64,000 bases of DNA from Eledone cirrhosa (lineage: Eukaryota), in contig OZ024741.1 in NCBI GenBank assembly GCA_964016885.1, positions 54,064,001-54,128,000 of the forward strand. Direction: 5' to 3'. Position 1 is the first letter of the stretch; each line of letters starts with the position of its first letter. This document shows, one piece after another, positions 22,201 through 37,000 of the stretch. Position numbers and translations under genes: made by a program. Under the pieces are notes generated by a model. That model saw only the letters and a list, made by a program, of their open reading frames with translations, did not search any database and had not been told where the DNA came from.

Positions 22201-25200
22201 TGTTGCTGTTGTTGTTGCTGTTGTTGTTGCTGTTGTTGTTACTGTTGTTGTTACTGTTGTTGTTACTGTTGATGTTACTGTTGTCGTTACTGTTGTTGTT
22301 ACTCTTGTTACTGTTGTTGATACTGTTGTTACTGTTGTTGTTACTGTTGTTGTTACTGTTGTTGTTACTGTTGTTGTTACTGTTGTTATTACTGTTGTTG
22401 CTGTTGTTGTTGCTGTTGTTGTTGCTGTTGTTGTTACTGTTGTTGTTACTGTTGTTGTTACTGTTGTTGTTGCTGTTGTTGTTGCTGTTGTTGTTACTGT
22501 TGTTGTTACTGTTGTTGTTACTGTTGTTGTTACTGTTGTTGTTACTGTTGTCGTTACTGTTGTTGTTACTGTTGTTGTTACTGTTGTAATTACTGTTGTT
22601 GTTGCTGTTGTTGTTGCTGTTGTTGTTGATGTTGTTGTTACTGTTGTTGTTACTGTTGTTGTTACTGTTGATGTTACTGTTGTTGTTACTGTTGTTGTTA
22701 CTGTTGTTGTTACTGTTGTTGTTACTGTTGTTACTGTTGTTGTTATTGTTGTTACTGTTGTTGTTACTGTTGTTGTTACTGTTGTTGTTACTGTTGTTAT
22801 TACTGTTGTTGTTGCTGTTGTTGTTGTTGTTGTTGTTGCTGTTGTTGTTACTGTTGTTGTTACTGTTGTTGTTACTGTTGTTGTTACTGTTGTTGTTGCT
22901 GTTGTTGTTACTGTTGTTGTTACTGTTGTTGTTGCTGTTGTTGTTACTGTTGTTGTTACTGTTGTTACTGTTGATGTCACTGTTGTTACTGTTTTCGTTA
23001 CTGTTGTTGTTACTGTTGTTACTGTTGTCATTACTGTTGTTGTTACTGTTGTTGTTACTGTTGTTGTTGCTGTTGCTGTTGCTGTTGTTGTTGCTGTTGT
23101 TGTTACTGTTTTTGTTACTGTTGTTGTTACTGTTGATGTTACTGTTGTTGTTACTGTTGTTGTTACTGTTGTTACTGTTGTTGTTACTGTTGTTGTTACT
23201 GTTGTTGTTGCTGTTGTTGTTACTGTTGATGTTACTGTTGTTGTTACTGTTGTTACTGTTGTTGTTACTGTTGTTGTTGCTGTTGTTGTTACTGTTGTTG
23301 TTACTGTTGTTGTTACTGTTGTTGTTACTGTTGTTGTTACTGTTGTTGTTACTGTTGTTACTGTTGTTGTTACTGTTGTTGTTGCTGTTGTTGTTGCTGT
23401 TGTTGTTACTGTTGTTGTTACTGTTGTTTTTACTGTTGTTGTTACTGTTGTTGTTACTGTTGTTGTTGCTGTTGTTGTTGCTATTGTTGTTACTGTTGTT
23501 GTTACTGTTGTTGTTACTGTTGTTGTTACTGTTGATGTTACTGTTGTTGTTACTGTTGTTAGTGTTGTTGTTACTGTTGTTGTTGCTGTTGTTGTTACTG
23601 TTGTTGTTACTGTTGTTGTTACTGTTGATGTTACTGTTGATGTTACTGTTGTTGTTACCGTTGTTACTGTTGTTGTTACTGTTGTTGTTACTGTTGTTGT
23701 TACTGTTGTTGTTACTGTTGATGTTACTGTTGTTGTTACTGTTGTTGTTACTGTTGTTGTTACTGTTGTTGTTACTGTTGATGTTACTGTTGTTGTTACT
23801 GTTGTTGTTACTGTTGTTGTTACTGTTGTTACTGTTGTTGTTACTGTTGTTGTTACTGTTGTTGTTACTGTTGTTGTTGCTGTTGTTGTTGCTGTTGTTG
23901 TTACTGTTGTTGTTACTGTTGTTGTTACTGTTGTTGTTACTGTTGATGTTACTGTTGTTGTTACTGTTGTTAGTGTTGTTGTTACTGTTGTTGTTGCTGT
24001 TGTTGTTACTGTTGTTGTTACTGTTGTTGTTACTGTTGATGTTACTGTTGATGTTACTGTTGTTGTTACCGTTGTTACTGTTGTTGTTACTGTTGTTGTT
24101 ACTGTTGTTGTTACTGTTGTTGTTAGTGTTGTTGTTACTGTTGATGTTACTGTTGTTGTTACTGTTGTTGTTACTGTTGTTGTTACTGTTGTTGTTACTG
24201 TTGATGTTACTGTTGTTGTTACTGTTGTTGTTACTGTTGTTACTGTTGTTGTTACTGTTGTTACTGTTGTTGTTACTGTTGTTGTTACTGTTGTTGTTAC
24301 TGTTGTTGTTACTGTTGTTACTGTTGTTGTTACTGTTGTTACTGTTGTTGTTACTGTTGTTGTTACTGTTGTTGTTACTGTTGTTATTACTGTTGTTGTT
24401 GCTGTTGTTGTTGCTGTTGTTGTTGCTGTTGTTATTACTGTTGTTGTTACTGTATTTGTTACTCTTGTTGTTACTGTTGTTGTTACCGTTGTTACTGTTG
24501 TTGTTACTGTTGTTACTGTTGTTGTTACTGTTGTTGTTACTGTTGTTGTTACTGTTGTTGTTACTGTTGTTATTACTGTTGTTGTTACTGTTGTTGTTGC
24601 TGTTGTTGTTACTGTTGTTACTGTTGTTGTTACTGTTGTTACTGTTGATGTCACTGTTGTTACTGTTGTCGTTACTGTTGTTGTTATGGTGTTACTGTTG
24701 TCGTTACTGTTGTTGTTACCGTTGTTGTTACTGTTGTTATTACTGTTGTTGTTGCTGTTGTTGTTGCTGTTGTTGTTGCTGTTGTTGTTACTGTTGTTGT
24801 TGCTGTTTTTGTTACTGTTGTTGTTACTGTTGTTGTTACTGTTGATGTTACTGTTGTTGTTACTGTTGTTGTTACTGTTGTTACTGTTGTCGTTACTGTT
24901 GTTGTTACTGTTGTTGTTACTGTTGTTTTTACTGTTGTTGTTGCTGTTGTTGTTGCTGTTGTTGTTGCTGTTTTTGTTACTGTTGTTGTTACTGTTGTTG
25001 TTACTGTTGATGTTACTGTTGTTGTTGCTGTTTTTGTTACTGTTGATGTTACTGTTGTTGTTACTGTTGTTGTTACTGTTGTTGTTACTGTTGTTGTTGC
25101 TGTTGTTGTTACTGTTGTTACTGTTGTTGTTACTGTTGTTGTTGCTGTTGTTGTTACTGTTGTTGTTACTGTTGTTGTTACTGTTGTTGTTACTGTTGTT

Positions 25201-28200
25201 GTTGTTACTGTTGCTGTTACTGTTGCTGTTGCTGTTCTTGTTACTGTTGTTGTTACTGTTGTTGTTACTGTTGATGTTACTGTTGTTACTGTTGTTGTTA
25301 CTGTTGTTACTGTTGTTTTTACTGTTGTTGTTACAGTTGTTGTTACTGTTGTTACTGTTGTTGTTACTGTTGTTACTGTTGTTGTTACTGTTGTTGTTAC
25401 TGTTGTTGTTACTGTTGTTATTACTGTTGTTGTTGCTGTTGTTGTTGCTGTTGTTGTTGCTGTTGTTGTTACTGTTGTTGTTACTGTTGTTGTTACTGTT
25501 GTTGTTACTGTTGTTGTTGCTGTTGTTGTTACTGTTGTTGTTACTGTTGTTACTGTTGTTGTTACTGTTGTTGTTACTGTTGTTGTTGTTACAGTTGCTG
25601 TTACTGTTGCTGTTACTGTTGCTGTTGCTGTTGTTGTTACTGTTGTTGTTACTGTTGTTGTTACTGTTGTTGTTACTGTTGTTGTTGTTACTGTTGTTGT
25701 TACTGTTGCTGTTGCTGTTGTTGTTACTGTTGTTGTTACTGTTGTTGTTACTGTTGATGTTACTGTTGTTGTTACTGTTGTTACTGTTGTTGTTACTGTT
25801 GTTACTGTTGTTGTTACTGTTGTTGTTACAGTTGTTGTTACTGTTGTTACTGTTGTTGTTACTGTTGTTACTGTTGTTGTTACTGTTGTTGTTACTGTTG
25901 TTGTTACTGTTGTTATTACTGTTGTTGTTGCTGTTGTTGTTGCTGTTGTTGTTGCTGTTGTTGTTGCTGTTGTTGTTACTGTTGTTGTTACTGTTGTTGT
26001 TACTGTTGTTGTTGCTGTTGTTGTTACTGTTGTTACTGTTGTTGTTACTGTTGTTACTGTTGATGTCACTGTTGTTACTGTTGTCGTTACTGTTGTTGTT
26101 ACTGTTGTTACTGTTGTCGTTACTGTTGTTGTTACTGTTGTTGTTACTGTTGTTATTACTGTTGTTGTTGCTGTTGTTGTTGCTGTTGTTGTTGCTGTTG
26201 TTGTTACTGTTGTTGTTACTGTTGTTGTTACTGTTGATGTTACTGTTGTTGTTACTGTTGTTGTTACTGTTGTTACTGTTGTCGTTACTGTTGTTGTTAC
26301 TCTTGTTACTGTTGTTGATACTGTTGTTACTGTTGTTGTTACTGTTGTTGTTACTGTTGTTGTTACTGTTGTTATTACTGTTGTTGCTGTTGTTGTTGCG
26401 GTTGTTGTTGCTGTTGTTGTTACTGTTGTTGTTACTGTTGTTGTTACTGTTGTTGTTGCTGTTGTTGTTGCTGTTGTTGTTACTGTTGTTGTTACTGTTG
26501 TTGTTACTGTTGTTGTTACTGTTGTTGTTACTGTTGTCGTTACTGTTGTTGTTACTGTTGTTGTTACTGTTGTAATTACTGTTGTTGTTGCTGTTGTTGT
26601 TGCTGTTGTTGTTGCTGTTGTTGTTACTGTTGTTGTTACTGTTGTTGTTACTGTTGATGTTACTGTTGTTGTTACTGTTGTTGTTACTGTTGTTGTTACT
26701 GTTGTTACTGTTGTTGTTATTGTTGTTACTGTTGTTGTTACTGTTGTTGTTACTGTTGTTGTTACTGTTGTTATTACTGTTGTTGTTGCTGTTGTTGTTG
26801 TTGTTGTTGTTGCTGTTGTTGTTACTGTTGTTGTTACTGTTGTTGTTGCTGTTGTTGTTACTGTTGTTGTTACTGTTGTTGTTGCTGTTGTTGTTACTGT
26901 TGTTGTTACTGTTGTTACTGTTGATGTCACTGTTGTTACTGTTGTCGTTACTGTTGTTGTTACTGTTGTTACTGTTGTCATTACTGTTGTTGTTACTGTT
27001 GTTGTTACTGTTGTTGTTGCTGTTGTTGTTGCTGTTGTTGTTGCTGTTGTTGTTACTGTTGTTGTTACTGTTGTTGTTACTGTTGATGTTACTGTTGTTG
27101 TTACTGTTGTTGTTACTGTTGTTACTGTTGTTGTTACTGTTGTTGTTACTGTTGTTGTTGCTGTTGTTGTTACTGTTGATGTTACTGTTGTTGTTACTGT
27201 TGTTACTGTTGTTGTTACTGTTGTTGTTGCTGTTGTTGTTACTGTTGTTGTTACTGTTGTTGTTACTGTTGTTGTTACTGTTGTTGTTACTGTTGTTGTT
27301 ACTGTTGTTGTTACTGTTGTTGTTACTGTTGTTGTTACTGTTGTTATTACTGTTGTTGTTGCTGTTGTTGTTGCTGTTGTTGTTGCTGTTGTTGTTACTG
27401 TTGTTGTTACTGTTGTTGTTACTGTTGTTGTTACTGTTGTTGTTGCTGTTGTTGTTACTGTTGTTGTGACTGTTGTTACTGTTGTTGTTACTGTTGTTGT
27501 TACTGTTGTTGTTGTTACTGTTGCTGTTACTGTTGCTGTTACTGTTGCTGTTGCTGTTGTTGTTACTGTTGTTGTTACTGTTGTTGTTACTGTTGTTGTT
27601 ACTGTTGCTGTTGCTGTTGTTGTTACTGTTGTTGTTACTGTTGTTGTTACTGTTGATGTTACTGTTGTTGTTACTGTTGTTGTTACTGTTGTTACTGTTG
27701 TTGTTACTGTTGTTACTGTTGTTGTTACTGTTGTTGTTACAGTTGTTGTTACTGTTGTTACTGTTGTTGTTACTGATGTTACTGTTGTTGTTACTGTTGT
27801 TGTTACTGTTGTTGTTACTGTTGTTGTTGCTGTTGTTGTTGCTGTTGTTGTTGCTGTTGTTGTTACTGTTGTTGTTACTGTTGTTGTTACTGTTGTTGTT
27901 ACTGTTGTTGTTGCTGTTGTTGTTACTGTTGTTACTGTTGTTGTTACTGTTGTTACAGTTGATGACACTGTTGTTACTGTTGTCGTTACTGTTGTTGTTA
28001 CTGTTGTTACTGTTGTCGTTACTGTTGTTGTTACTGTTGTTGTTACTGTTGTTATTACTGTTGTTGTTGCTGTTGTTGTTGCTGTTGTTGTTGCTGTTGT
28101 TGTTACTGTTGTTGTTACTGTTGTTGTTACTGTTGATGTTACTGTTGTCGTTACTGTTGTTGTTACTCTTGTTACTGTTGTTGATACTGTTGTTACTGTT

Positions 28201-31000
28201 GTTGTTACTGTTGTTGTTACTGTTGTTGTTACTGTTGTTGTTACTGTTGTTATTACTGTTGTTGCTGTTGTTGTTGCTGTTGTTGTTGCTGTTGTTGTTA
28301 CTGTTGTTGTTACTGTTGTTGTTACTGTTGTTGTTGCTGTTGTTGTTGCTGTTGTTGTTACTGTTGTTGTTACTGTTGTTGTTACTGTTGTTGTTACTGT
28401 TGTTGTTACTGTTGTCGTTACTGTTGTTGTTACTGTTGTTGTTACTGTTGTAATTACTGTTGTTGTTGCTGTTGTTGTTGCTGTTGTTGTTGATGTTGTT
28501 GTTACTGTTGTTGTTACTGTTGTTGTTACTGTTGATGTTACTGTTGTTGTTACTGTTGTTGTTACTGTTGTTGTTACTGTTGTTGTTACTGTTGTTACTG
28601 TTGTTGTTATTGTTGTTACTGTTGTTGTTACTGTTGTTGTTACTGTTGTTGTTACTGTTGTTATTACTGTTGTTGTTGCTGTTGTTGTTGTTGTTGTTGT
28701 TGCTGTTGTTGTTACTGTTGTTGTTACTGTTGTTGTTACTGTTGTTGTTACTGTTGTTGTTGCTGTTGTTGTTACTGTTGTTGTTACTGTTGTTGTTGCT
28801 GTTGTTGTTACTGTTGTTGTTACTGTTGTTACTGTTGATGTCACTGTTGTTACTGTTTTCGTTACTGTTGTTGTTACTGTTGTTACTGTTGTCATTACTG
28901 TTGTTGTTACTGTTGTTGTTACTGTTGTTGTTGCTGTTGTTGTTGCTGTTGTTGTTGCTGTTGTTGTTACTGTTGTTGTTACTGTTGTTGTTACTGTTGA
29001 TGTTACTGTTGTTGTTACTGTTGTTGTTACTGTTGTTACTGTTGTTGTTACTGTTGTTGTTACTGTTGTTGTTGCTGTTGTTGTTACTGTTGATGTTACT
29101 GTTGTTGTTACTGTTGTTACTGTTGTTGTTACTGTTGTTGTTGCTGTTGTTGTTACTGTTGTTGTTACTGTTGTTGTTACTGTTGTTGTTACTGTTGTTG
29201 TTACTGTTGTTGTTACTGTTGTTGTTACTGTTGTTACTGTTGTTGTTACTGTTGTTGTTGCTGTTGTTGTTGCTGTTGTTGTTACTGTTGTTGTTACTGT
29301 TGTTTTTACTGTTGTTGTTACTGTTGTTGTTACTGTTGTTGTTGCTGTTGTTGTTGCTATTGTTGTTACTGTTGTTGTTACTGTTGTTGTTACTGTTGTT
29401 GTTACTGTTGATGTTACTGTTGTTGTTACTGTTGTTAGTGTTGTTGTTACTGTTGTTGTTGCTGTTGTTGTTACTGTTGTTGTTACTGTTGTTGTTACTG
29501 TTGATGTTACTGTTGATGTTACTGTTGTTGTTACCGTTGTTACTGTTGTTGTTACTGTTGTTGTTACTGTTGTTGTTACTGTTGTTGTTACTGTTGATGT
29601 TACTGTTGTTGTTACTGTTGTTGTTACTGTTGTTGTTACTGTTGTTGTTACTGTTGATGTTACTGTTGTTGTTACTGTTGTTGTTACTGTTGTTGTTACT
29701 GTTGTTACTGTTGTTGTTACTGTTGTTGTTACTGTTGTTGTTACTGTTGTTGTTGCTGTTGTTGTTGCTGTTGTTGTTACTGTTGTTGTTACTGTTGTTG
29801 TTACTGTTGTTGTTACTGTTGATGTTACTGTTGTTGTTACTGTTGTTAGTGTTGTTGTTACTGTTGTTGTTGCTGTTGTTGTTACTGTTGTTGTTACTGT
29901 TGTTGTTACTGTTGATGTTACTGTTGATGTTACTGTTGTTGTTACCGTTGTTACTGTTGTTGTTACTGTTGTTGTTACTGTTGTTGTTACTGTTGTTGTT
30001 AGTGTTGTTGTTACTGTTGATGTTACTGTTGTTGTTACTGTTGTTGTTACTGTTGTTGTTACTGTTGTTGTTACTGTTGATGTTACTGTTGTTGTTACTG
30101 TTGTTGTTACTGTTGTTACTGTTGTTGTTACTGTTGTTACTGTTGTTGTTACTGTTGTTGTTACTGTTGTTGTTACTGTTGTTGTTACTGTTGTTACTGT
30201 TGTTGTTACTGTTGTTACTGTTGTTGTTACTGTTGTTGTTACTGTTGTTGTTACTGTTGTTATTACTGTTGTTGTTGCTGTTGTTGTTGCTGTTGTTGTT
30301 GCTGTTGTTATTACTGTTGTTGTTACTGTATTTGTTACTCTTGTTGTTACTGTTGTTGTTACCGTTGTTACTGTTGTTGTTACTGTTGTTACTGTTGTTG
30401 TTACTGTTGTTGTTACTGTTGTTGTTACTGTTGTTGTTACTGTTGTTATTACTGTTGTTGTTACTGTTGTTGTTGCTGTTGTTGTTACTGTTGTTACTGT
30501 TGTTGTTACTGTTGTTACTGTTGATGTCACTGTTGTTACTGTTGTCGTTACTGTTGTTGTTATGGTGTTACTGTTGTCGTTACTGTTGTTGTTACCGTTG
30601 TTGTTACTGTTGTTATTACTGTTGTTGTTGCTGTTGTTGTTGCTGTTGTTGTTGCTGTTGTTGTTACTGTTGTTGTTGCTGTTTTTGTTACTGTTGTTGT
30701 TACTGTTGTTGTTACTGTTGATGTTACTGTTGTTGTTACTGTTGTTGTTACTGTTGTTACTGTTGTCGTTACTGTTGTTGTTACTGTTGTTGTTACTGTT
30801 GTTTTTACTGTTGTTGTTGCTGTTGTTGTTGCTGTTGTTGTTGCTGTTTTTGTTACTGTTGTTGTTACTGTTGTTGTTACTGTTGATGTTACTGTTGTTG
30901 TTGCTGTTTTTGTTACTGTTGATGTTACTGTTGTTGTTACTGTTGTTGTTACTGTTGTTGTTACTGTTGTTGTTGCTGTTGTTGTTACTGTTGTTACTGT
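19250..31000 (+). repeat. Higher-order repeat domain B: two near-identical 5,876-bp tandem copies, with further partial or rearranged copies to ~44.3 kb
   Basis: GCTGTTCTT at 19361/25237, ORF pair 20706-21593 / 26582-27469, and GTTATGGTGTT near 24686/30562 all give offset 5876. The last marker recurs near 34560, 41077, 43842 and 60569. Confidence 0.92.
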
Positions 31001-34000
31001 TGTTGTTACTGTTGTTATTTCTGTTGTTGTTACTGTTGTTGTTACTGTTGATGTTACTGTTGATGTTACTGTTGTTGTTGCTGTTGTTGTTACTGTTGAT
31101 GTTACTGTTGTTACTGTTGTTGTTACTGTTGTTCTTACTGTTGTTGTTACTGTTGTTGTTACTGTTGTTGTTACTGTTGTTGTTACTGTTGTTGTTACTG
31201 TTGTTACTGTTGTTGTTGCTATTATTGTTACTGTTGATGTTGCTCTTATTGTTACTGTTGTTGTTACTGTTGTTGTTATTGTTGTTGTTGCTGTTGTTTT
31301 TACTGTTGTTACTGTTATTGTTACTGTTGTTGTTGCTGTTGTTGTTGCTGTTGTTGTTACTGTTGTTGTTACTGTTGTTGTCACTGTTGTTGTTACTGTT
31401 GTTGTTACTGTTGTTGTTGCTGTTGTTGTTACAGTTGTTGTTACAGTTGTTGTTACTGTTGTTGTTACTGTTGTTGTTACTGTTGTTACTGTTGTTGTTA
31501 CTGTTGTTACTGTTGTTGTTACTGTTGTTGTTACAGTTGTTGTTACTGTTGTTACTGTTGTTGTTACTGATGTTACTGTTGTTGTTACTGTTGTTGTTAC
31601 TGTTGTTGTTACTGTTGTTGTTGCTGTTGTTGTTGCTGTTGTTGTTGCTGTTGTTGTTACTGTTGTTGTTACTGTTGTTGTTACTGTTGTTGTTACTGTT
31701 GTTGTTGCTGTTGTTGTTACTGTTGTTACTGTTGTTGTTACTGTTGTTACAGTTGATGACACTGTTGTTACTGTTGTCGTTACTGTTGTTGTTACTGTTG
31801 TTACTGTTGTCGTTACTGTTGTTGTTACTGTTGTTGTTACTGTTGTTATTACTGTTGTTGTTGCTGTTGTTGTTGCTGTTGTTGTTGCTGTTGTTGTTAC
31901 TGTTGTTGTTACTGTTGTTGTTACTGTTGATGTTACTGTTGTCGTTACTGTTGTTGTTACTCTTGTTACTGTTGTTGATACTGTTGTTACTGTTGTTGTT
32001 ACTGTTGTTGTTACTGTTGTTGTTACTGTTGTTGTTACTGTTGTTATTACTGTTGTTGCTGTTGTTGTTGCTGTTGTTGTTGCTGTTGTTGTTACTGTTG
32101 TTGTTACTGTTGTTGTTACTGTTGTTGTTGCTGTTGTTGTTGCTGTTGTTGTTACTGTTGTTGTTACTGTTGTTGTTACTGTTGTTGTTACTGTTGTTGT
32201 TACTGTTGTCGTTACTGTTGTTGTTACTGTTGTTGTTACTGTTGTAATTACTGTTGTTGTTGCTGTTGTTGTTGCTGTTGTTGTTGATGTTGTTGTTACT
32301 GTTGTTGTTACTGTTGTTGTTACTGTTGATGTTACTGTTGTTGTTACTGTTGTTGTTACTGTTGTTGTTACTGTTGTTGTTACTGTTGTTACTGTTGTTG
32401 TTATTGTTGTTACTGTTGTTGTTACTGTTGTTGTTACTGTTGTTGTTACTGTTGTTATTACTGTTGTTGTTGCTGTTGTTGTTGTTGTTGTTGTTGTTGC
32501 TGTTGTTGTTACTGTTGTTGTTACTGTTGTTGTTACTGTTGTTGTTACTGTTGTTGTTGCTGTTGTTGTTACTGTTGTTGTTACTGTTGTTGTTGCTGTT
32601 GTTGTTACTGTTGTTGTTACTGTTGTTACTGTTGATGTCACTGTTGTTACTGTTTTCGTTACTGTTGTTGTTACTGTTGTTACTGTTGTCATTACTGTTG
32701 TTGTTACTGTTGTTGTTACTGTTGTTGTTGCTGTTGTTGTTGCTGTTGTTGTTGCTGTTGTTGTTACTGTTGTTGTTACTGTTGTTGTTACTGTTGATGT
32801 TACTGTTGTTGTTACTGTTGTTGTTACTGTTGTTACTGTTGTTGTTACTGTTGTTGTTACTGATGTTGTTGCTGTTGTTGTTACTGTTGATGTTACTGTT
32901 GTTGTTACTGTTGTTACTGTTGTTGTTACTGTTGTTGTTGCTGTTGTTGTTACTGTTGTTGTTACTGTTGTTGTTACTGTTGTTGTTACTGTTGTTGTTA
33001 CTGTTGTTGTTACTGTTGTTGTTACTGTTGTTACTGTTGTTGTTACTGTTGTTGTTGCTGTTGTTGTTGCTGTTGTTGTTACTGTTGTTGTTACTGTTGT
33101 TTTTACTGTTGTTGTTACTGTTGTTGTTACTGTTGTTGTTGCTGTTGTTGTTGCTATTGTTGTTACTGTTGTTGTTACTGTTGTTGTTACTGTTGTTGTT
33201 ACTGTTGATGTTACTGTTGTTGTTACTGTTGTTAGTGTTGTTGTTACTGTTGTTGTTGCTGTTGTTGTTACTGTTGTTGTTACTGTTGTTGTTACTGTTG
33301 ATGTTACTGTTGATGTTACTGTTGTTGTTACCGTTGTTACTGTTGTTGTTACTGTTGTTGTTACTGTTGTTGTTACTGTTGTTGTTACTGTTGATGTTAC
33401 TGTTGTTGTTACTGTTGTTGTTACTGTTGTTGTTACTGTTGTTGTTACTGTTGATGTTACTGTTGTTGTTACTGTTGTTGTTACTGTTGTTGTTACTGTT
33501 GTTACTGTTGTTGTTACTGTTGTTGTTACTGTTGTTGTTACTGTTGTTGTTGCTGTTGTTGTTGCTGTTGTTGTTACTGTTGTTGTTACTGTTGTTGTTA
33601 CTGTTGTTGTTACTGTTGATGTTACTGTTGTTGTTACTGTTGTTAGTGTTGTTGTTACTGTTGTTGTTGCTGTTGTTGTTGCTGTTGTTGTTACTGTTGT
33701 TGTTACTGTTGTTTTTACTGTTGTTGTTACTGTTGTTGTTACTGTTGTTGTTGCTGTTGTTGTTGCTATTGTTGTTACTGTTGTTGTTACTGTTGTTGTT
33801 ACTGTTGTTGTTACTGTTGATGTTACTGTTGTTGTTACTGTTGTTAGTGTTGTTGTTACTGTTGTTGTTGCTGTTGTTGTTACTGTTGTTGTTACTGTTG
33901 TTGTTACTGTTGATGTTACTGTTGATGTTACTGTTGTTGTTACCGTTGTTACTGTTGTTGTTACTGTTGTTGTTACTGTTGTTGTTACTGTTGTTGTTAG

Positions 34001-37000
34001 TGTTGTTGTTACTGTTGATGTTACTGTTGTTGTTACTGTTGTTGTTACTGTTGTTGTTACTGTTGTTGTTACTGTTGATGTTACTGTTGTTGTTACTGTT
34101 GTTGTTACTGTTGTTACTGTTGTTGTTACTGTTGTTACTGTTGTTGTTACTGTTGTTGTTACTGTTGTTGTTACTGTTGTTGTTACTGTTGTTACTGTTG
34201 TTGTTACTGTTGTTACTGTTGTTGTTACTGTTGTTGTTACTGTTGTTGTTACTGTTGTTATTACTGTTGTTGTTGCTGTTGTTGTTGCTGTTGTTGTTGC
34301 TGTTGTTATTACTGTTGTTGTTACTGTATTTGTTACTCTTGTTGTTACTGTTGTTGTTACCGTTGTTACTGTTGTTGTTACTGTTGTTACTGTTGTTGTT
34401 ACTGTTGTTGTTACTGTTGTTGTTACTGTTGTTGTTACTGTTGTTATTACTGTTGTTGTTACTGTTGTTGTTGCTGTTGTTGTTACTGTTGTTACTGTTG
34501 TTGTTACTGTTGTTACTGTTGATGTCATTGTTGTTACTGTTGTCGTTACTGTTGTTGTTATGGTGTTACTGTTGTCGTTACTGTTGTTGTTACCGTTGTT
34601 GTTACTGTTGTTATTACTGTTGTTGTTGCTGTTGTTGTTGCTGTTGTTGTTGCTGTTGTTGTTACTGTTGTTGTTACTGTTGTTGTTACTGTTGATGTTA
34701 CTGTTGTTGTTACTGTTGTTGTTACTGTTGTTACTGTTGTCGTTACTGTTGTTGTTACTGTTGTTGTTACTGTTGTTTTTACTGTTGTTGTTGCTGTTGT
34801 TGTTGCTGTTGTTGTTGCTGTTTTTGTTACTGTTGTTGTTACTGTTGTTGTTACTGTTGATGTTACTGTTGTTGTTGCTGTTTTTGTTACTGTTGATGTT
34901 ACTGTTGTTGTTACTGTTGTTGTTACTGTTGTTGTTACTGTTGTTGTTGCTGTTGTTGTTACTGTTGTTACTGTTGTTGTTACTGTTGTTATTTCTGTTG
35001 TTGTTACTGTTGTTGTTACTGTTGATGTTACTGTTGATGTTACTGTTGTTGTTGCTGTTGTTGTTACTGTTGATGTTACTGTTGTTACTGTTGTTGTTAC
35101 TGTTGTTCTTACTGTTGTTGTTACTGTTGTTGTTACTGTTGTTGTTACTGTTGTTGTTACTGTTGTTGTTACTGTTGTTACTGTTGTTGTTGCTATTATT
35201 GTTACTGTTGATGTTGCTCTTATTGTTACTGTTGTTGTTACTGTTGTTGTTATTGTTGTTGTTGCTGTTGTTTTTACTGTTGTTACTGTTATTGTTACTG
35301 TTGTTGTTGCTGTTGTTGTTGCTGTTGTTGTTACTGTTGTTGTTACTGTTGTTGTCACTGTTGTTGTTACTGTTGTTGTTACTGTTGTTGTTGCTGTTGT
35401 TGTTACAGTTGTTGTTACAGTTGTTGTTACTGTTGTTGTTACTGTTGTTGTTACTGTTGTTGTTATTGTTGTTGTTACTGTTGTTGTTATTGTTGTAGTT
35501 ATTGTTGTTGTTACTGTTGTTGTTACTGTTGTTGTTACTGTTGTTGTTACTGTTGTTGTTACTGTTGTTGTTACTGTTGTTGTTACTGTTATTGTTACAG
35601 TTGTTGTTACAGTTGTTGTTACTGTTGTTGTTACTGTTGTTGTTACCGTTGTTACTGTTGTTGTTACTGTTGTTGTTACTGTTGATGTTACTGTTGTTGT
35701 TACTGTTGTTACTGTTATGTTGTTGCTGTTGTTACTGTTGTTGTTTCTGTTGTTGTTACTGTTGTTGTTACTGTTGTTGTTACTGTTATTGTTACAGTTG
35801 TTGTTACAGTTGTTGTTACTGTTGTTGTTACTGTTGTTGTTACTGTTGTTACTGTTGTTGTTACTGTTGTTGTTAGTATTGTTGTTAGTATTGTTGTTAC
35901 TGTTGTTGTTATTGTTGTTGTTACGGTTGTTGTTACTGTTGTTGTTGTTATTGTTGATGTTACTGTGTTGTTATTGTTGTTGTTTCTGTTGTTGTTTCTG
36001 TTGTTGTTACCTGTGTTGTTACTGTTGTTGTTGTTGCTGTTGTTACTGTTGTTGTTACTTTTGTTGTTACTGTTGTTGTTACTGTTGTTGTTACTGTTGT
36101 TGTTATTGTTGTTGTTACTGTTGTTGTTACTGTTGTTACTGTTGTTGTTACTGTTGTTGTTGCTGTTGTTGTTACTGTTGTTGTTACTGTTGTTGTTGTT
36201 ACTGTTGTTGTTACTGCTGTTACTGTTGTTGTTACTGTTGTTCTTACAGTTGTTGTTACTGTTGTTGTTACTGTTGTTGTTACTGTTGTTGTTACTGTTG
36301 TTGTTACTGTTGTTGTTGTTATTGTTGTTGTTACTGTTGTTACTGTTGTTGTTACTGTTGTTGTTACAGTTGTTGTTACTGTTGTTCTTACTGTTGTTCT
36401 TACTGTTGTTGTTACTGTTGTTGTTATTGTTGTTGTTACTGTTGTTGTTACTGTTGATGTTACTGTTGTTACTGTTGTTGTTGCTGTTATTGTTACTGTT
36501 GATGTTACTGTTGTTGTTACTGTTGTTGTTACTGTTGTTGTTACTGTTGTTGTTACTGTTGTTGTTACTGTTGTTGTTACTGTTGTTACTGTTGTTGTTG
36601 CTGTTATTGTTACTGTTGATGTTGCTCTTATTGTTACTGTTGTTGTTACTGTTGTTGTTATTGTTGTTGTTGCTGTTGTTTTTACTGTTGTTACTGTTAT
36701 TGTTACTGTTGTTGTTGCTGTTGTTGTTGCTGTTGTTGTTACTGTTGTTGTTACTGTTGTTGTCACTGTTGTTGTTACTGTTGTTGTTACTGTTGTTGTT
36801 GCTGTTGTTGTTACAGTTGTTGTTACAGTTGTTGTTACTGTTGTTGTTACTGTTGTTGTTACTGTTGTTGTTATTGTTGTTGTTACTGTTGTTGTTATTG
36901 TTGTAGTTATTGTTGTTGTTACTGTTGTTGTTAATGTTGTTGTTACTGTTGTTGTTACTGTTGTTGTTACTGTTGTTGTTACTGTTGTTGTTACTGTTAT

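Noticed and set aside
15814-24654. 2,946-aa minus-strand Thr-rich then Asn-rich ORF as a CDS
   Set aside because: GTG start, and the switch from TTTV to NNNS at ~17187 is a 1-nt indel in the satellite. Kept only as a low-probability mucin hypothesis under findings.
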